Shown: one piece after another, positions 40,509 to 52,346 of the stretch
Numbering within the stretch: position 1 is the first letter of the stretch
How the letters are laid out: each line of letters begins with the position of its first letter
Origin: Eledone cirrhosa
Taxonomy: Eukaryota
Length of the DNA: 64,000 nucleotides
Assembly (NCBI GenBank): GCA_964016885.1
Contig: OZ024740.1
Span: 90,148,001-90,212,000 of the forward strand
Reading direction: 5' to 3'
Notes under the pieces: generated by a model
The model's input: the letters and a program-made list of their open reading frames with translations, nothing else
The model's database searches: none
What the model was told of the DNA's origin: nothing
Translations under genes and position numbers: made by a program

Positions 40509-43500
40509 TTACAGATATATACTCAGAGTAGGCCCATTCACTCGGGCCATTCTTGCTTCTCTCACCCATCTTTCAACAAAATGCTGGGAAGATAGCACTT
40601 CCCTCTCTACTCTGATTTTCCTTTTCAAATGAAATTTGAAAAAGTCAATCAGAGCATCACCGAAGAGGTAAGTGCTCGTCTTCAGCCCTTTCAAACGTGT
40701 CCACCATACTATCTCTTTCGCCATGGCCACCAGACAGATAAAAACTGCCTGCCCTTCCCGGCTAAAGGAGGAGGGCGGGGCAATCCTCACGATGGACTCA
40801 GATGATAGCCGGATCCGTCCTAAACGCGACAGCAGGTGTTCGACATAAACCCACAAGTCAGCAATTTTCGGACACTGGACGAGTGCGTGCAGGACGGTTT
40901 CGTCGCCCTGCGCGCATCTCGGACATGCCCGGCTGACGGCACCTCCATGCCTGTAGAGTTTATCCCGAACTGGCAAGGCTCCTCGGTAGCACTGCCAGGC
41001 CAGAGATTTCTGGAAGTTGTCCATAGGCCCTGGCCCGAAAGTTCTTCCGAAGAGATTGGCTAGTTGATTTTCGTCGACGCCTAGAGTTTCCCCAAGTACG
41101 TCGTCGCTCTTCCCCTCCACTAATCCTCTATAGAACGCCGAGGTGGAGTTTCCACCGATCACATTGCCCGATTGGTCGAGGGCTGTGAGCGCCTGAAGAC
41201 ATTCCAGTCTCCAGGCGCTCCCTCTCGGTCTTCGCTTGACCCAGGACTGCAGCTCCGTCAAGGAAACGAGCTGGGGAAACACGCGCCTAGCAAACGGCGA
41301 CCACACCTGATCACCGTCGAGGAAGAGGTGGAGATGTCGTAGCCTGAGCGCGTGCCTGCGCATCATCAGCCACGGCATGCCCAGCCCTCCACGTAGCGGG
41401 TGTTGACAACAGATGGACCGCCTGACCATCGGAGCGCGTCCCTTCCACAAAAAGCGAAAGAGCAAACGCTCCAGCGCAGTCAGGCGAGGCTTAGGACAAG
41501 GTACGACGGTCAGGCGGTAGCAGATGACGGACGCGATGTACGCGTTAGCCACCTCCGCTCGACCTTTCAGGGATAGCTTCCTCTCCGCCCATTTCTGGGT
41601 GAGAGAAGCCACCCTGCTCGTCACCTCGTCCCAGTTTTTGTCCGTCTGGAGGTCCGGACCGAACCAGACCCCTAGCAATTTAACCGGTCCGTCCGTCCAG
41701 CGTCCGACGACGCTGTTGGACGGCATGGACCTGCCTCTCCAGGTGCCGAGCTGCAGGCCCACTGACTTTTCCTGGTTGATCATTGCTCCTGTCACCGCTT
41801 CGTATTCTCTTAGTGTAGTGCCGATCGCCTCGATGTGTTTGGCGTTCGACACCACTACGGTGACATCGTCCGCATATGCTGACACGGATCTTCCGCATCC
41901 TAGTTCGCGCGGGACTCCCCTCAACGTCTCCAGTTTGTGAAGTAATGGCTCGAGAGTCAATACGTACAAGAGGGACGAGAGGGGACATCCTTGGCGGACC
42001 GAGCGCATGATGTTGAACGGTTCCGACAGGTGACCGTTCACTCTCACCACAGAGCAGATGTCGCTGTGCATGGCAGCGATCCAGCCTCTGAAGACGGGCC
42101 CAAAGCCAGCCGCCCTCAGGACTGCCGCTAGGTAACGATGGTCGACCCTATCGAAAGCTTTCGACTGATCTAAATTGATCAAGGACCCACCCGTGCCAGG
42201 TTCCCTAGCTACCCTCTCTACGATGTATCGCATGAGGTGGAGGTTGTCGTGGATGGATCTGTCGGGAATGGCGCATGTCTGCGCCTCTCCCACCAGACCA
42301 CCAACGACAAGCGCCAACCTCTTTGCTAGCACCTTGGCCAAAATCTTAAACTCTGTGTTTAGCAGAGTTATGGGCCGGAAATTGTCTATGTTATCCCCCT
42401 TGTTCGGATCCTTTCTCAGCAGTGCCACCGCTCCTCGGCTCACAGAACTGGGAATTCTCCCGTTCTGTTGCCAGTTGCAGTAGACGTCCGCCAAGAGGCC
42501 TCCGAACAAGTCTGGCATCTGTACGTAAAGTTCATAGGGCAGACCATCCAAACCAGGCGATTTACCCCTTGTGCAGCCAGTCATTGCCTCCCTTACTTCA
42601 GCGGCTGTTATCGGCTTTTCGCAACACTTCGCCTCAGTGGCCGAGAGCCGCGGCAGTCCGTCGAGGTAGACACTAAAGTCCATCCCTCTACCCGGCCCAC
42701 CGCTGCCCCCGAACAGCTGAGCGAAGTGTCGCTGAAAAGCTTCACACATTTGCCCGGGATCGAGTAGCATGCGCCCGTCGTGGTCCACCAAAGACCGGAT
42801 CGTGGCTTTGTTGCCACGACGCGCCTCCGCCACTCGGGCCCATTGAACGGCTTTCGTCCGCTCGTATCTGAGAGCACGCACCCTTGCTCTGACAACGCAG
42901 CCTTCGTGCTTTGCATTGAAGAATTGGTCAAGGTCCAATTTCGCCGCAAGCACGTCGGTCGCAATGCCTTTGCTAAGCGCCTCGTCTAATTTTCTAACTA
43001 GTTCTCCCTCTGCTCTATTTTTCTCTATTGCTAAAGCCTTACTAAACCTAATCGATTCTATTCTAATCGCTCTTTTCAGAGCAAACCACCACTTGTTGTT
43101 GACGATGGCCCCCGTCAACGCCCGCTTAACTAGTTCGCTAATCCGGTCTCTGTAGGCCTTGCGCGCTGGTAAGGACGCGTTTAGCTTCCAGTAGCCGGGT
43201 CCTCGTCTATGAAGCCTATCTAAGTCAAGCACACAAATCACGAATTTGTGGTCCGTGTAGCTGACTATCTTGAATTGTGGACAGCCTATGCTAGACCTAT
43301 CTATTTCCCTACAAAATACTCTATCTAGATATGATCTGGATGACCCTATGCGATTTGTCCAAGTCCACATTGGCACATTCGGGAAATCCAATCGGTACCT
43401 GTCAGACAGTTCAAAACGCCTGAGCAGGTTGGTGAGGCTCTTGCACCCTCCACCCCTATCCGCTAATCCCACACAGTCCCAGCGTGCATCTAAGATCCCG

Positions 43501-43928
43501 TTCCAGTCGCCCACTAACACTAAAGAGCGGGACGTTCCAAGAAAGGTCTCCAGACGCCGGAAGAAATCAGGCCGCCCTGCTCCTGTCGGGGCATAGACGG
43601 CCACTAGCCTGAAAGCTTGCCCGTCTCCGCTGGTCACGTCCAGCACCACCAGCTTACCCTCTGGGTCCAGGAAGATGGCCCGTATGGCGAGATCCAAACC
43701 TCTCCGAAAAACCACAGCAACTCCTCCACCGGATCCAGGACGGCTGGGAGATGCGTACACATCGTAGCCGCCGAAGATCGGTGCGAAGGCCCGTGCTTCG
43801 GAGATTCTGGTCTCGCTGATGGCCACTACATCTATGTTTAGTGACCTGAGGTCGTTGAGCAGGTGACCCTGCTTCCATGACGACCCCAAGCCACGCGCAT
43901 TTATGCTGCCTATTCTGAGTGAGGTCAT
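40509..43928 (-). CDS. ORF2p: APE endonuclease, reverse transcriptase and C-terminal zinc finger (L1/Tx1 clade), intact, 1139 aa
   Basis: SINARGL, ISET, GDWN, YLDR, TDH, GPGYWKLN, KSPGLDG, FRPITLLN, KAFDRV, RQGCPLS, YADD, CPRC...HALVQC. Confidence 0.97.
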   Translation of the reverse strand: MTSLRIGSINARGLGSSWKQGHLLNDLRSLNIDVVAISETRISEARAFAPIFGGYDVYASPSRPGSGGGVAVVFRRGLDLAIRAIFLDPEGKLVVLDVTSGDGQAFRLVAVYAPTGAGRPDFFRRLETFLGTSRSLVLVGDWNGILDARWDCVGLADRGGGCKSLTNLLRRFELSDRYRLDFPNVPMWTWTNRIGSSRSYLDRVFCREIDRSSIGCPQFKIVSYTDHKFVICVLDLDRLHRRGPGYWKLNASLPARKAYRDRISELVKRALTGAIVNNKWWFALKRAIRIESIRFSKALAIEKNRAEGELVRKLDEALSKGIATDVLAAKLDLDQFFNAKHEGCVVRARVRALRYERTKAVQWARVAEARRGNKATIRSLVDHDGRMLLDPGQMCEAFQRHFAQLFGGSGGPGRGMDFSVYLDGLPRLSATEAKCCEKPITAAEVREAMTGCTRGKSPGLDGLPYELYVQMPDLFGGLLADVYCNWQQNGRIPSSVSRGAVALLRKDPNKGDNIDNFRPITLLNTEFKILAKVLAKRLALVVGGLVGEAQTCAIPDRSIHDNLHLMRYIVERVAREPGTGGSLINLDQSKAFDRVDHRYLAAVLRAAGFGPVFRGWIAAMHSDICSVVRVNGHLSEPFNIMRSVRQGCPLSSLLYVLTLEPLLHKLETLRGVPRELGCGRSVSAYADDVTVVVSNAKHIEAIGTTLREYEAVTGAMINQEKSVGLQLGTWRGRSMPSNSVVGRWTDGPVKLLGVWFGPDLQTDKNWDEVTSRVASLTQKWAERKLSLKGRAEVANAYIASVICYRLTVVPCPKPRLTALERLLFRFLWKGRAPMVRRSICCQHPLRGGLGMPWLMMRRHALRLRHLHLFLDGDQVWSPFARRVFPQLVSLTELQSWVKRRPRGSAWRLECLQALTALDQSGNVIGGNSTSAFYRGLVEGKSDDVLGETLGVDENQLANLFGRTFGPGPMDNFQKSLAWQCYRGALPVRDKLYRHGGAVSRACPRCAQGDETVLHALVQCPKIADLWVYVEHLLSRLGRIRLSSESIVRIAPPSSFSREGQAVFICLVAMAKEIVWWTRLKGLKTSTYLFGDALIDFFKFHLKRKIRVEREVLSSQHFVERWVREARMARVNGPTLSIYL

Positions 43929-43963
43929 GTTTAAAATAGAGTGGAAAAGATGGGAAAGACCAC

Positions 43964-46055
43964 TTACCGTACTTTTGGTAGAGGAGGGATGGTTTTTACA
44001 TCCCTTTTCACTTGATCGTCTGGTGAAGGGACCGTTGAATCGTCCCTTCGGCTGGTCGTCGGCTCTTCTAAGAGAATGTCTGAGTATACTCTTCGATTGA
44101 TGGTTCCTCCTAGGTCCCTGAAATAACCAACTGCGTTGGGGAATTTCGTTTTAATATTTGTGTATTGTTTCTGTGCTATTTTTAGCAGTCTTATGTTAGT
44201 TGGCGTTTTGATTGGTGCTGGTATTATGTAGTCCTGTTGTGAAATGTCTGTGTGTTCAATTATGTAAGTCATTAGTTTCTTGTTGTGTGTATTTATTGCC
44301 GTGCATTTGTTTTTCTGGGGGTGGGGTGTGGTTCTGCTATTTTCTTGTCGTTGTTGCTGGGTGTGTGTGTTTTGTTGTTGTGTTTGCGATGTTGGTGCTT
44401 GTGGTGGTGGTGTTGAAGGTGTTGTTGGCGGTGGGGTTGTCGCCGGTGGTGATGGTGGTGCTAGTGTGGGTGGTGATGGTGTTGGTGTTGTTGCTGCTGT
44501 GGGTCTCTTTGCAGTAGACTTTACCCTTTTCTCATTTCTTTCCTCCCTTTTCAAAGGCGACGATGCGCTGCTTCTGCGTTTGTGCCTTCTTACGACATTT
44601 TGCCATCCCTCTCCCACCTCACACTCCATGTCTGATTCTGTGAGGTCGGGGAGGGGTACCAGCTCCACTCTTTCACTTGTTGTTGTTGGTGATGTTTGCA
44701 CTGGAGTCTCTGTTGCAGCTGCATTTGGTATTGCTGTTGTTGTTGTTAGTATTTCCACTGCTGCTGCTGTTTTTGTTTTCCGTGGAGTGGGTATGGGTGC
44801 CACGGGCCTATCGTTCCTGGTTGCCGCTTGTCCTGTTGCTGGTAGCCGTGGAGCCGGATTCGGAAGGAGGGGGGTTTTCTCCTTTCTCAGGGTATTCTCG
44901 TTGCAGAAGGCCCTGAGGTGAGTCTTCGATCCACAGCGAAAGCATTTCGGGCGTTTGCCCTCAACACTTATGGGCAGTTGAGTGCCGTTATCGAAGTCTA
45001 TCACATCCGGGATAGCTTCGATGCACTCCTGGTTGGTTTGGATTAGCATCTCAATGGAGGAGCCGACCCAATCTTCTCTTACTTTTTTCTGTACTTGCAG
45101 TACAGTTGTTTTGTCCTCGATTCCGACGAGGACAGACGCGGCCAGCCAAGAAGGGGTCATTCCGGGGGGGACGTGGGTCAGTTTGACCCTCACAATTTTT
45201 TGCCCACAGTAGGAGGGCACCAACACCATTTCCTCGCTCCTTAGGGTCACTACTGATTGGGCCTTTGCCTCCTGGGGTGTGGCAAAAAGTACGTCTACGG
45301 TGGCATATTTTTTGCCTCGGGTGATGTGCGTTTTCCGCTGCCACACAGACCCCAAGGCTTTTTGTATTTGGGCCTCTGTGGCTCTTTCCACCCTACGGGA
45401 TTTTGTACTTACTGTACGGTACGTGACCGTACAGTGCTCTTGGGTTTCGAAAAATGTTTCCGCTGCCTTGCAGATTGCTCGGTGTCCGTTCTTTGTCACC
45501 ATCTTCTTCGCTTCCTCTAATTCCTCATTTGTTATGAGGATTGTTTCCAAGTTTTTCGCAATACCTGCAAATGAGATTGGTTTTTCTCTGCTGTTGTTGT
45601 TGTCGTCAGAGCTGCTGGTACTTTTGTTGTTGCTGCAGGTACTACGACTACTGCCTCCGACGCTGTTGCTGTGGTTGTTGTTGGTGTTGCTGCTGCTAAT
45701 GCTGTTGTTGTTTATGCTGCTGGTGATGCTGTTGCGGCTGCTACTGTTGTTTTCATTGTCACTGTTGCTGTTGTTATTACGGCTGCTACTGCTATTATTC
45801 CTGACGTCAGACGAATGAACTGGGTTTTCGTATTTCCCGCACACCTGTTTCGTCGCTGTCGTCGTCGTCGTGGAGAAACCTTGTACGCTTTGCACGAGAC
45901 TTTTCTTTCGTCACTTGCGAAAGAGAAGGGAGGGAGAGAGACACATTTAAAGAAGGGAGGGAGAGAGACAATCTTCTCTCTGCTGTAGTGATGATTGAGG
46001 AAGAAGAAGACGGAATGAGTGGGAGTGACGTATGAAATTTCTTTTTCGTAGCCAT
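43964..46055 (-). CDS. ORF1p (gag-like nucleic-acid-binding protein) with a 5-bp frameshift near 45900
   Basis: 643-aa open frame with Asn/Ser-rich tract, CFRCGSKTHLRAFC knuckle and basic plus Pro/Thr-rich tail. ATG at 46055 is in frame in T7, which has an extra gaaaa. Confidence 0.85.
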
Positions 46056-46310
46056 GTTGTTTTTTGTTTAAAATGAAATTTTGGGTACAAAACCCCAATA
46101 ACTGGTTATTTAACCCCGAAGGGCCAAATAACGGACAGAAAGACCCCTCTCACGAGGAGGAGGGTGTCTTTATCAACAATTAGGTTCAAGTTTTAAACAA
46201 TTTACAATTGTTTTAACGGTTAAAAATTACTATACCTTACAGAGCCGAGCCTCCGTCAACCATGGCATTCAATAATAATAATAATAATAATAATAATTGA
46301 CAGTAATAAT

Positions 46311-49300
46311 GTTTTCATTATTAACCACAAAGGGTTCACATAAAGTAGACATTAAGGAGAGTACAGGACAATACAGGACGGTACAAATGGGCATTTCTGC
46401 GTGTAAAAAAACAGAGGTTGAAATAAAATAACAAAGAAAAATTCCCCAATAGGGGGGAGACTTCCAAGGGACATTTGTGGAGAAAGCCCATTAAAAGACC
46501 ACAGTGGCCCTGACCACCAGGGCAAGTGCCCTCTCCCAGTTTTCCACCTTTAATTTACAGACACATACTCAGAGAAGTCCCATTCATTCGGGCCATACTT
46601 GCTTCTCTCACCCATCTTTCAAAAAAATGCTGGGAAGAGAGCACTTCCCTCTCTACCCTGATTTTCCTTTTCAAATAAAATTTGAAAAAGTTAATCAGGG
46701 CATCGCCGAAGAGGTAAGTGCTCGTCTTCAGCCCTTTCAAACGTGTCCACCATACTATCTCTTTCGCCATGGCCACCAGACAGATAAAAACTGCCTGCCC
46801 TTCCAGGCTAAAGGAAGGGGGCGGGGCAATCCTCACGATGGGCTCAGCTGATAGCTGGATCCGTCCTACACGTGACAGCAGGTGTTCGACATAAACTCAC
46901 AAGTCAGCAATGCTCGGACACTGGACGAGTGCGTGCAGGACGGTTTCGTCGCCCTGCGCGCATCTCGGACATGCCCGGCTGACGGCAACTCCATGCCTGT
47001 AGAGTTTATCCCGAACTGGCAAGGCTCCTCGGTAGCACTGCCAGGCCAGAGATTTCTGGAAGTTGTCCATAGGCCCTGGCCCGAAAGTTCTTCCGAAGAG
47101 ATTGGCTAGTTGATTTTCGTCGACGCCTAGAGTTTCCCCAAGTACGTCATCGCTCTTCCCCTCCAATAATCCTCTATAGAACGCCGAGGTGGAGTTTCCA
47201 ACGATCACATTGCCCGATTGGTCGAGGGCTGTGAGCGCCTGAAGACATTCCAGTCTCCAGGCGCTCCCTCTCGGTCTTCGCTTGACCCAGGACTGCAGCT
47301 CCGTCAAGGAAACGAGCTGGGGAAAAACGTGTCTAGCAAACGACGACCACACCTGATCACCGTCGAGGAAGAGGTGGAGATGTCGTAGCCTGAGCGGGTT
47401 CCTGCGCATCATCAGCCACGGCATGCCCAGCCCTCCACGTAGCGGGTGTTGACAACAGATGAACCGCCTGACCATCGGAGCGCGTCCCTTCCACAAAAAA
47501 CGAATGAGCAAACGCTCCAGCGCAGTCAGGCGAGGCTTAGGACAAGGTACGACGGTCAGGCGGTAGCAGATGACGGACGCGATGTACGCGTTAGCCACCT
47601 CCGTTCGCCGTTTCAGGGATAGCTTCCTCTCGGCCCATTTCTGGGTGAGAGAAGCCACCCTGCTCGTCACCTCGTCCCAGTTTTTGTCCGTCTGGAGGTC
47701 CGGACCGAACCAGACCCCTAGCAATTTAACCGATCCGTCCGTCCAGCGTCCGACGACGCTTTTGGACGGCATGGACCTGCCTCTCCAGGTGCCGAGCTGC
47801 AGGCCCACTGACTTTTCCTGGTTGATCATTGTTGCTGTCACCGCTTCGTATTCTCTTAGTGTAGTGCCGATCGCCTCGATGTGTTTGGCGTTCGACACCA
47901 CTACGGTGACATCGTCCGCATATGCTGACACGGATCTTCCGCATCCTAGTTCGCGCGGGACGCCCCTCAACGTCTCCAGTTTGTGCAGTAATGGCTCGAG
48001 AGTCAATACGTACAAAAGGGATGTGAGGGGACATCCTTGGCGGACCGAGCGCATGATGTTGAACGGTTCCGACAGGTGACCGTTCACTCTCACCACAGAG
48101 CAGATGTCGCTATGCATGGCAGCGATCCAGCCTCTGAAGACGGGCCCAAAGCCAGCCGCCCTCAGGACTGCCTCTAGGTAACGATGGTCGACCCTATTGA
48201 AAGATTTCGACTGATCTAAATTGATCAAGGACCCACCCGTGCCGGGTTCCCTAGCTACCATCTCTACGATGTATCGCATGAGGTGGAGGTTGTCGTTTAT
48301 GGATCTGTCGGGAATGGCGCATGTCTGCGCCTCTCCCACCAGACCACCAACGACAAGCGCCAACCTCTTTGCTAGCACCTTGGCCAAAATCTTGAACTCT
48401 GTGTTTAGAAGAGTTATGGGCCGGAAATTATCTATGTTATCCCCCTTGTTCGGATCCTTTCTCATCAGTGCCACCGCTCCTCGGCTCACAGAACTGTGAA
48501 TTCTCCCGTTCTGTTGCCAGTTGCAGTAGACGTCCGCCAAGAGGCCTCCGAACAAGTCGGGCATCTGTACGTAAAGTTCATAGGGCAGACCATCCAAACC
48601 AGGCGATTTACCCCTTGTGCAGCCAGTCATTGCCTCCCTTACTTCAGCGGCTGTTATCGGCTTTTCGCAACACTTCGCCTCAGTGGCCGAGAGCCGCGGC
48701 AGTCCGTCGAGGTAGACACTAAAGTCCATCCCTCGACCCGGCCCACCGCTGCCCCCGAACAGCTGAGCGAAGTGTCGCTGAAAAGCTTCACACATTTGCC
48801 CGGGATCGAGTAGCATGCGCCCGTCGTGGTCCACCAAAGACCGGATCGTGGCTTTGTTGCCACGACGCGCCTCCGCCACTCGGGCCCATTGAACGGCTTT
48901 CGTCCCCTCGTGTCTGAGAGCACGCACCCTTGCTATGACAACGCAGCCTTCGTGCTTTGCATTGAAGAATTGGTCAAGGGCCAATTTCGCCGCAAGCACG
49001 TCGGTCGCAATGCCTTTGCTAAGCGCCTCGTCTAATTTTCTAACTAGTTCTCCCTCTGCTCTATTTTTCTCTATTGCTAAAGCCTTACTAAACCTAATGG
49101 ATTCTATTCTAATCGCTCTTTTCAGAGCAAACCACCACTTGTTGTTGACCATGGCCCCCGTCAACGCCCGCTTAACTAGTTCGCTAATCCGGTCTCTGTA
49201 GGCCTTGAGGGCTGGTAAGGACGCGTTTAGCTTCCAGTAGCCGGGTCCTCGTCTATGAAGCCTATCTATGTCAAGCACACAGATCACGAATTTGTGGTCC

Positions 49301-52300
49301 GTGTAGCTGACTATCTTGAATTGTGGACAGCCTATGCTAGACCTATCTATTTCCCTACAAAATACTCTATCTAGATATGATCTGGATGACCCTATGCGAT
49401 TTGTCCAAGTTCACATTGGCACATTCGGGAAATCCAATCAGTACCTGTCAGACAGTTCAAAACCTCTGAGCAAGTTTGTGAGGCTCTTGCACCCTCCACT
49501 CTTATCCGCTAATCCCACACAGTCCCAGCGTGCATCTAAGATCCCGTTCCAGTCGCCCACTAACACTAAAGAGCGGGACGTTCCAAGAAAGGTCTCCAGA
49601 CGCCGGAAGAAATCAGGCCGCCCTGCTCCTGTCGTGGCATAGACGGCCACTAGCCCGAAAGCTTGCCCGTCTCCGCTGGTAACGTCCAGCACCACCAGCT
49701 TACCCTCTGGGTCAAGAAGATGGCCCGTATGGCGAGATCCAAACCTCTCCGAAAAAGCACAGCAACTACTCCCCCCGATTCAGGACGGCTGGGAGATGAG
49801 TACACATCGTAGCCGCCAAAGATCGGTGCGAAGGCCCGTGCTTCGGAGATTCTGGTCTCGCTGATGGCCACTACATCTATGTTTAGTAACCTGAGGTCGT
49901 TGAGCAGGTGACCCTGCTTCCATGACGACCCCAAGCCACGCGCATTTATGCTGCCTATTCTGAGTGAGGTCATGTTTAAAATAGAGTGAAAAGATGAGAA
50001 AGACCACTTACCGTACTTTTAGTAGAGGAGGGATGGTTTTTACATCTCTTTTCACTTGATCGTCTGGTGAAGGGACCGTTGAATCGTCCTTTCGGCTGGT
50101 CGTCGGCTCTTCTAAGAGAATGTCTGAATATACTCTTCGATTGATAGTTCCTCCTAGGTCCCTGAAATCACCAACTGCGTTGGGGAATTTCGTTTTAATG
50201 TTTGTGTATTGTTTCTGTGCTATTTTTAGCAGTCTTATGTTAGTTGGCGTTTTGATTGGTGCTGGTATTATGTAGTCCTGTTGTGAAATGTCTGTGTGTT
50301 CAATTATGTAAGTCATTAGTTTCTTGTTGTGTGTATTTATTGCCGTGCATTTGTTTTTCTGGGGGTGGGGTGTGGTTCTGCTATTTTCTTGTCGTTGTTG
50401 CTGGGTGTGTGTGTTTTGTTGTTGTGTTTGCGATGTTGGTGCTTGTGGTGGTGGTGTTGAAGGTGTTGTTGGCGGTGGGGTTGTCGCCGGTGATGGTGGT
50501 GGTGCTAGTGTGGGTGGTGATGGTGTTGGTGGTGTTGCTGCTGTGGGTCTCTTTGCAGTAGACTTTACCCTTTTCTCATTTCTTTCCTCCCTTTTCAAAG
50601 GCGACGATGCGCTGCTTCTGCGTTTGTGCCTTCTTACGACCTTTTGCCATCCCTCTCCCACCTCACACTCCATGTCTGATTCTGTGAGGTCGGGGAGGGG
50701 TAGCAGCTCCACTCTTTCACTTGTTGTTGGTGATGTTTGCACTGGAGTCTCTGTTGCAGCTGCATTTGTTATTGCTGTTGTTGTTGTTAATATTTCCACT
50801 GCTGCTGCTGTTTTTGATTTCCGTGGCGTGGGTATGGGTGCCACGGACCTATCGTTTCTGGTTGCCGCTTGTCCTGTTGCTGGTAGCCGTGGAGCCGGTT
50901 TCGGAAGGAGGGGCGTTTTCTCCTTTCTCAGGCTCTTCTCGTTGCAGAAGGCGCTGAGGTGAGTCTTCGATCCACAGCGAAAGCATTTCGGGCGTATGCC
51001 CTCAACACTTATGGGCAGTTGAGTGCCGTTATCGAAGTCTATCACATCCGGCATAGCTTCGATGCACTCCTGGTTGGTTTAGATTAGCATCTCAATGGAG
51101 GTGCCGACCCAATCTTCTCTTACTTTTTTCTGTACATGCAGTACAGTTGTTTTGTCCTCGATTCCGACGAGGACAGACGCGGCCAGCCAAGAAGGGGCCA
51201 TTCCGGGGGGGGGGGGGGCAGTCTGACCCTCACAATTGTTTGCCCGCAGTAGGAGGGTACCAACACCATTTCCTCGCTCCTTAGGGTCACTACGGATTGG
51301 GCCTTTGCCTTCTGGGGTGTGGCAAAAAGTACGTCTACGGTGGCATATTTTTTGCCTCGGGTGATGTGCGTTTTCCGCTGCCACACAGACCCCAAGGCTT
51401 TTTGTATTTGGGCCTCTGTCGCTCTTTCCACCCTACGGGATTTTGTACTTAATGTACGGTATGTGACCGTACAGTGCTGTTGGGTTTCGAAAAAATTTTC
51501 CGCTGCCTTGCAGATTGCTCGGTGTCCGTTCTTTGTCACCATCTTCTTCGCTTCCTCTAATTCCTCATTTGTTATGAGGATTGTTTCCAAGTTTTTCGCA
51601 ATACCTGCAAATGAGATTGGTTTTTCTTTGCTGCTGTTGTTGTTGTCGTCAGAGCTGCTGTTACTTTTGTTGTTGCTGCAGGTACTACGACTACTGCCTT
51701 CGCCGCTGTTGCTGTGGTTGTTGTTGGTTTAGCTGCTGCTAATGCTGTTGTTGTTTATGCTGCTGGTGATGCTGTTGCGGCTGCTACTGTTGTTTTCATT
51801 GTCACTGTTGCTGTTGTTATTACGGCTGCTACTGCTATTATTCCTGACGTCAGACGAATGAACTGGGTTTTCGTATTTCCCGCACACCTGTTTCGTCGCT
51901 GTCGTCGTCGTCGTGGAGAAACCTTTCACGCTTTGCACGAGACTTTTCTTTTCTTTCGTCGCTTGCGAAAGAGAAGGGAGGGAGAGAGACACATTTAAAG
52001 AAGGGAGGGAGAGAGACAATCTTCTCTCTGCTGTAGTGATGATTGAGGAAGAAGAAGACGGAATGAGTGGAAGTGACCTATGCAAATTCTTTTTCGTAGC
52101 CATGTTGATTTTTTTGTTTAAAATAAATATTGGGTACAAAACCCCAATAAGCAGTTATTTAACCCCGAAGGGCCAAATGACGGGCAGAAAGACCCCTCTC
52201 ACGAGGAGGAGGGTGTTTTTGTCTGCAAGTTGGTCTAAGTTTTAAACAATTTGCAATTGTTATAGCGTTCAAAATTTACAGTACCTTACAGAGCCGAGCC

Positions 52301-52319
52301 TCCGTCAACCATAGCATTC
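46311..52319 (-). mobile_element. Tx1-like LINE T7 (type A), full length, several frameshifts and stops
   Basis: Collinear with T6 throughout. ORF2 broken near 49710, 49438 and 46897; ORF1 broken near 51730, 51210 and 51080. Confidence 0.95.
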
Positions 52320-52346
52320 AATAATAATAATAATAATAATAATAAT

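Larger units (their letters stand above)
40248..46270 (-). mobile_element. Tx1-like LINE T6 (type A), full length, young
   Basis: 5'UTR, ORF1, intact ORF2, 3'UTR ending AATAAAGAAATC-(ATT)n. (AAT)n on both sides. Confidence 0.96.
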
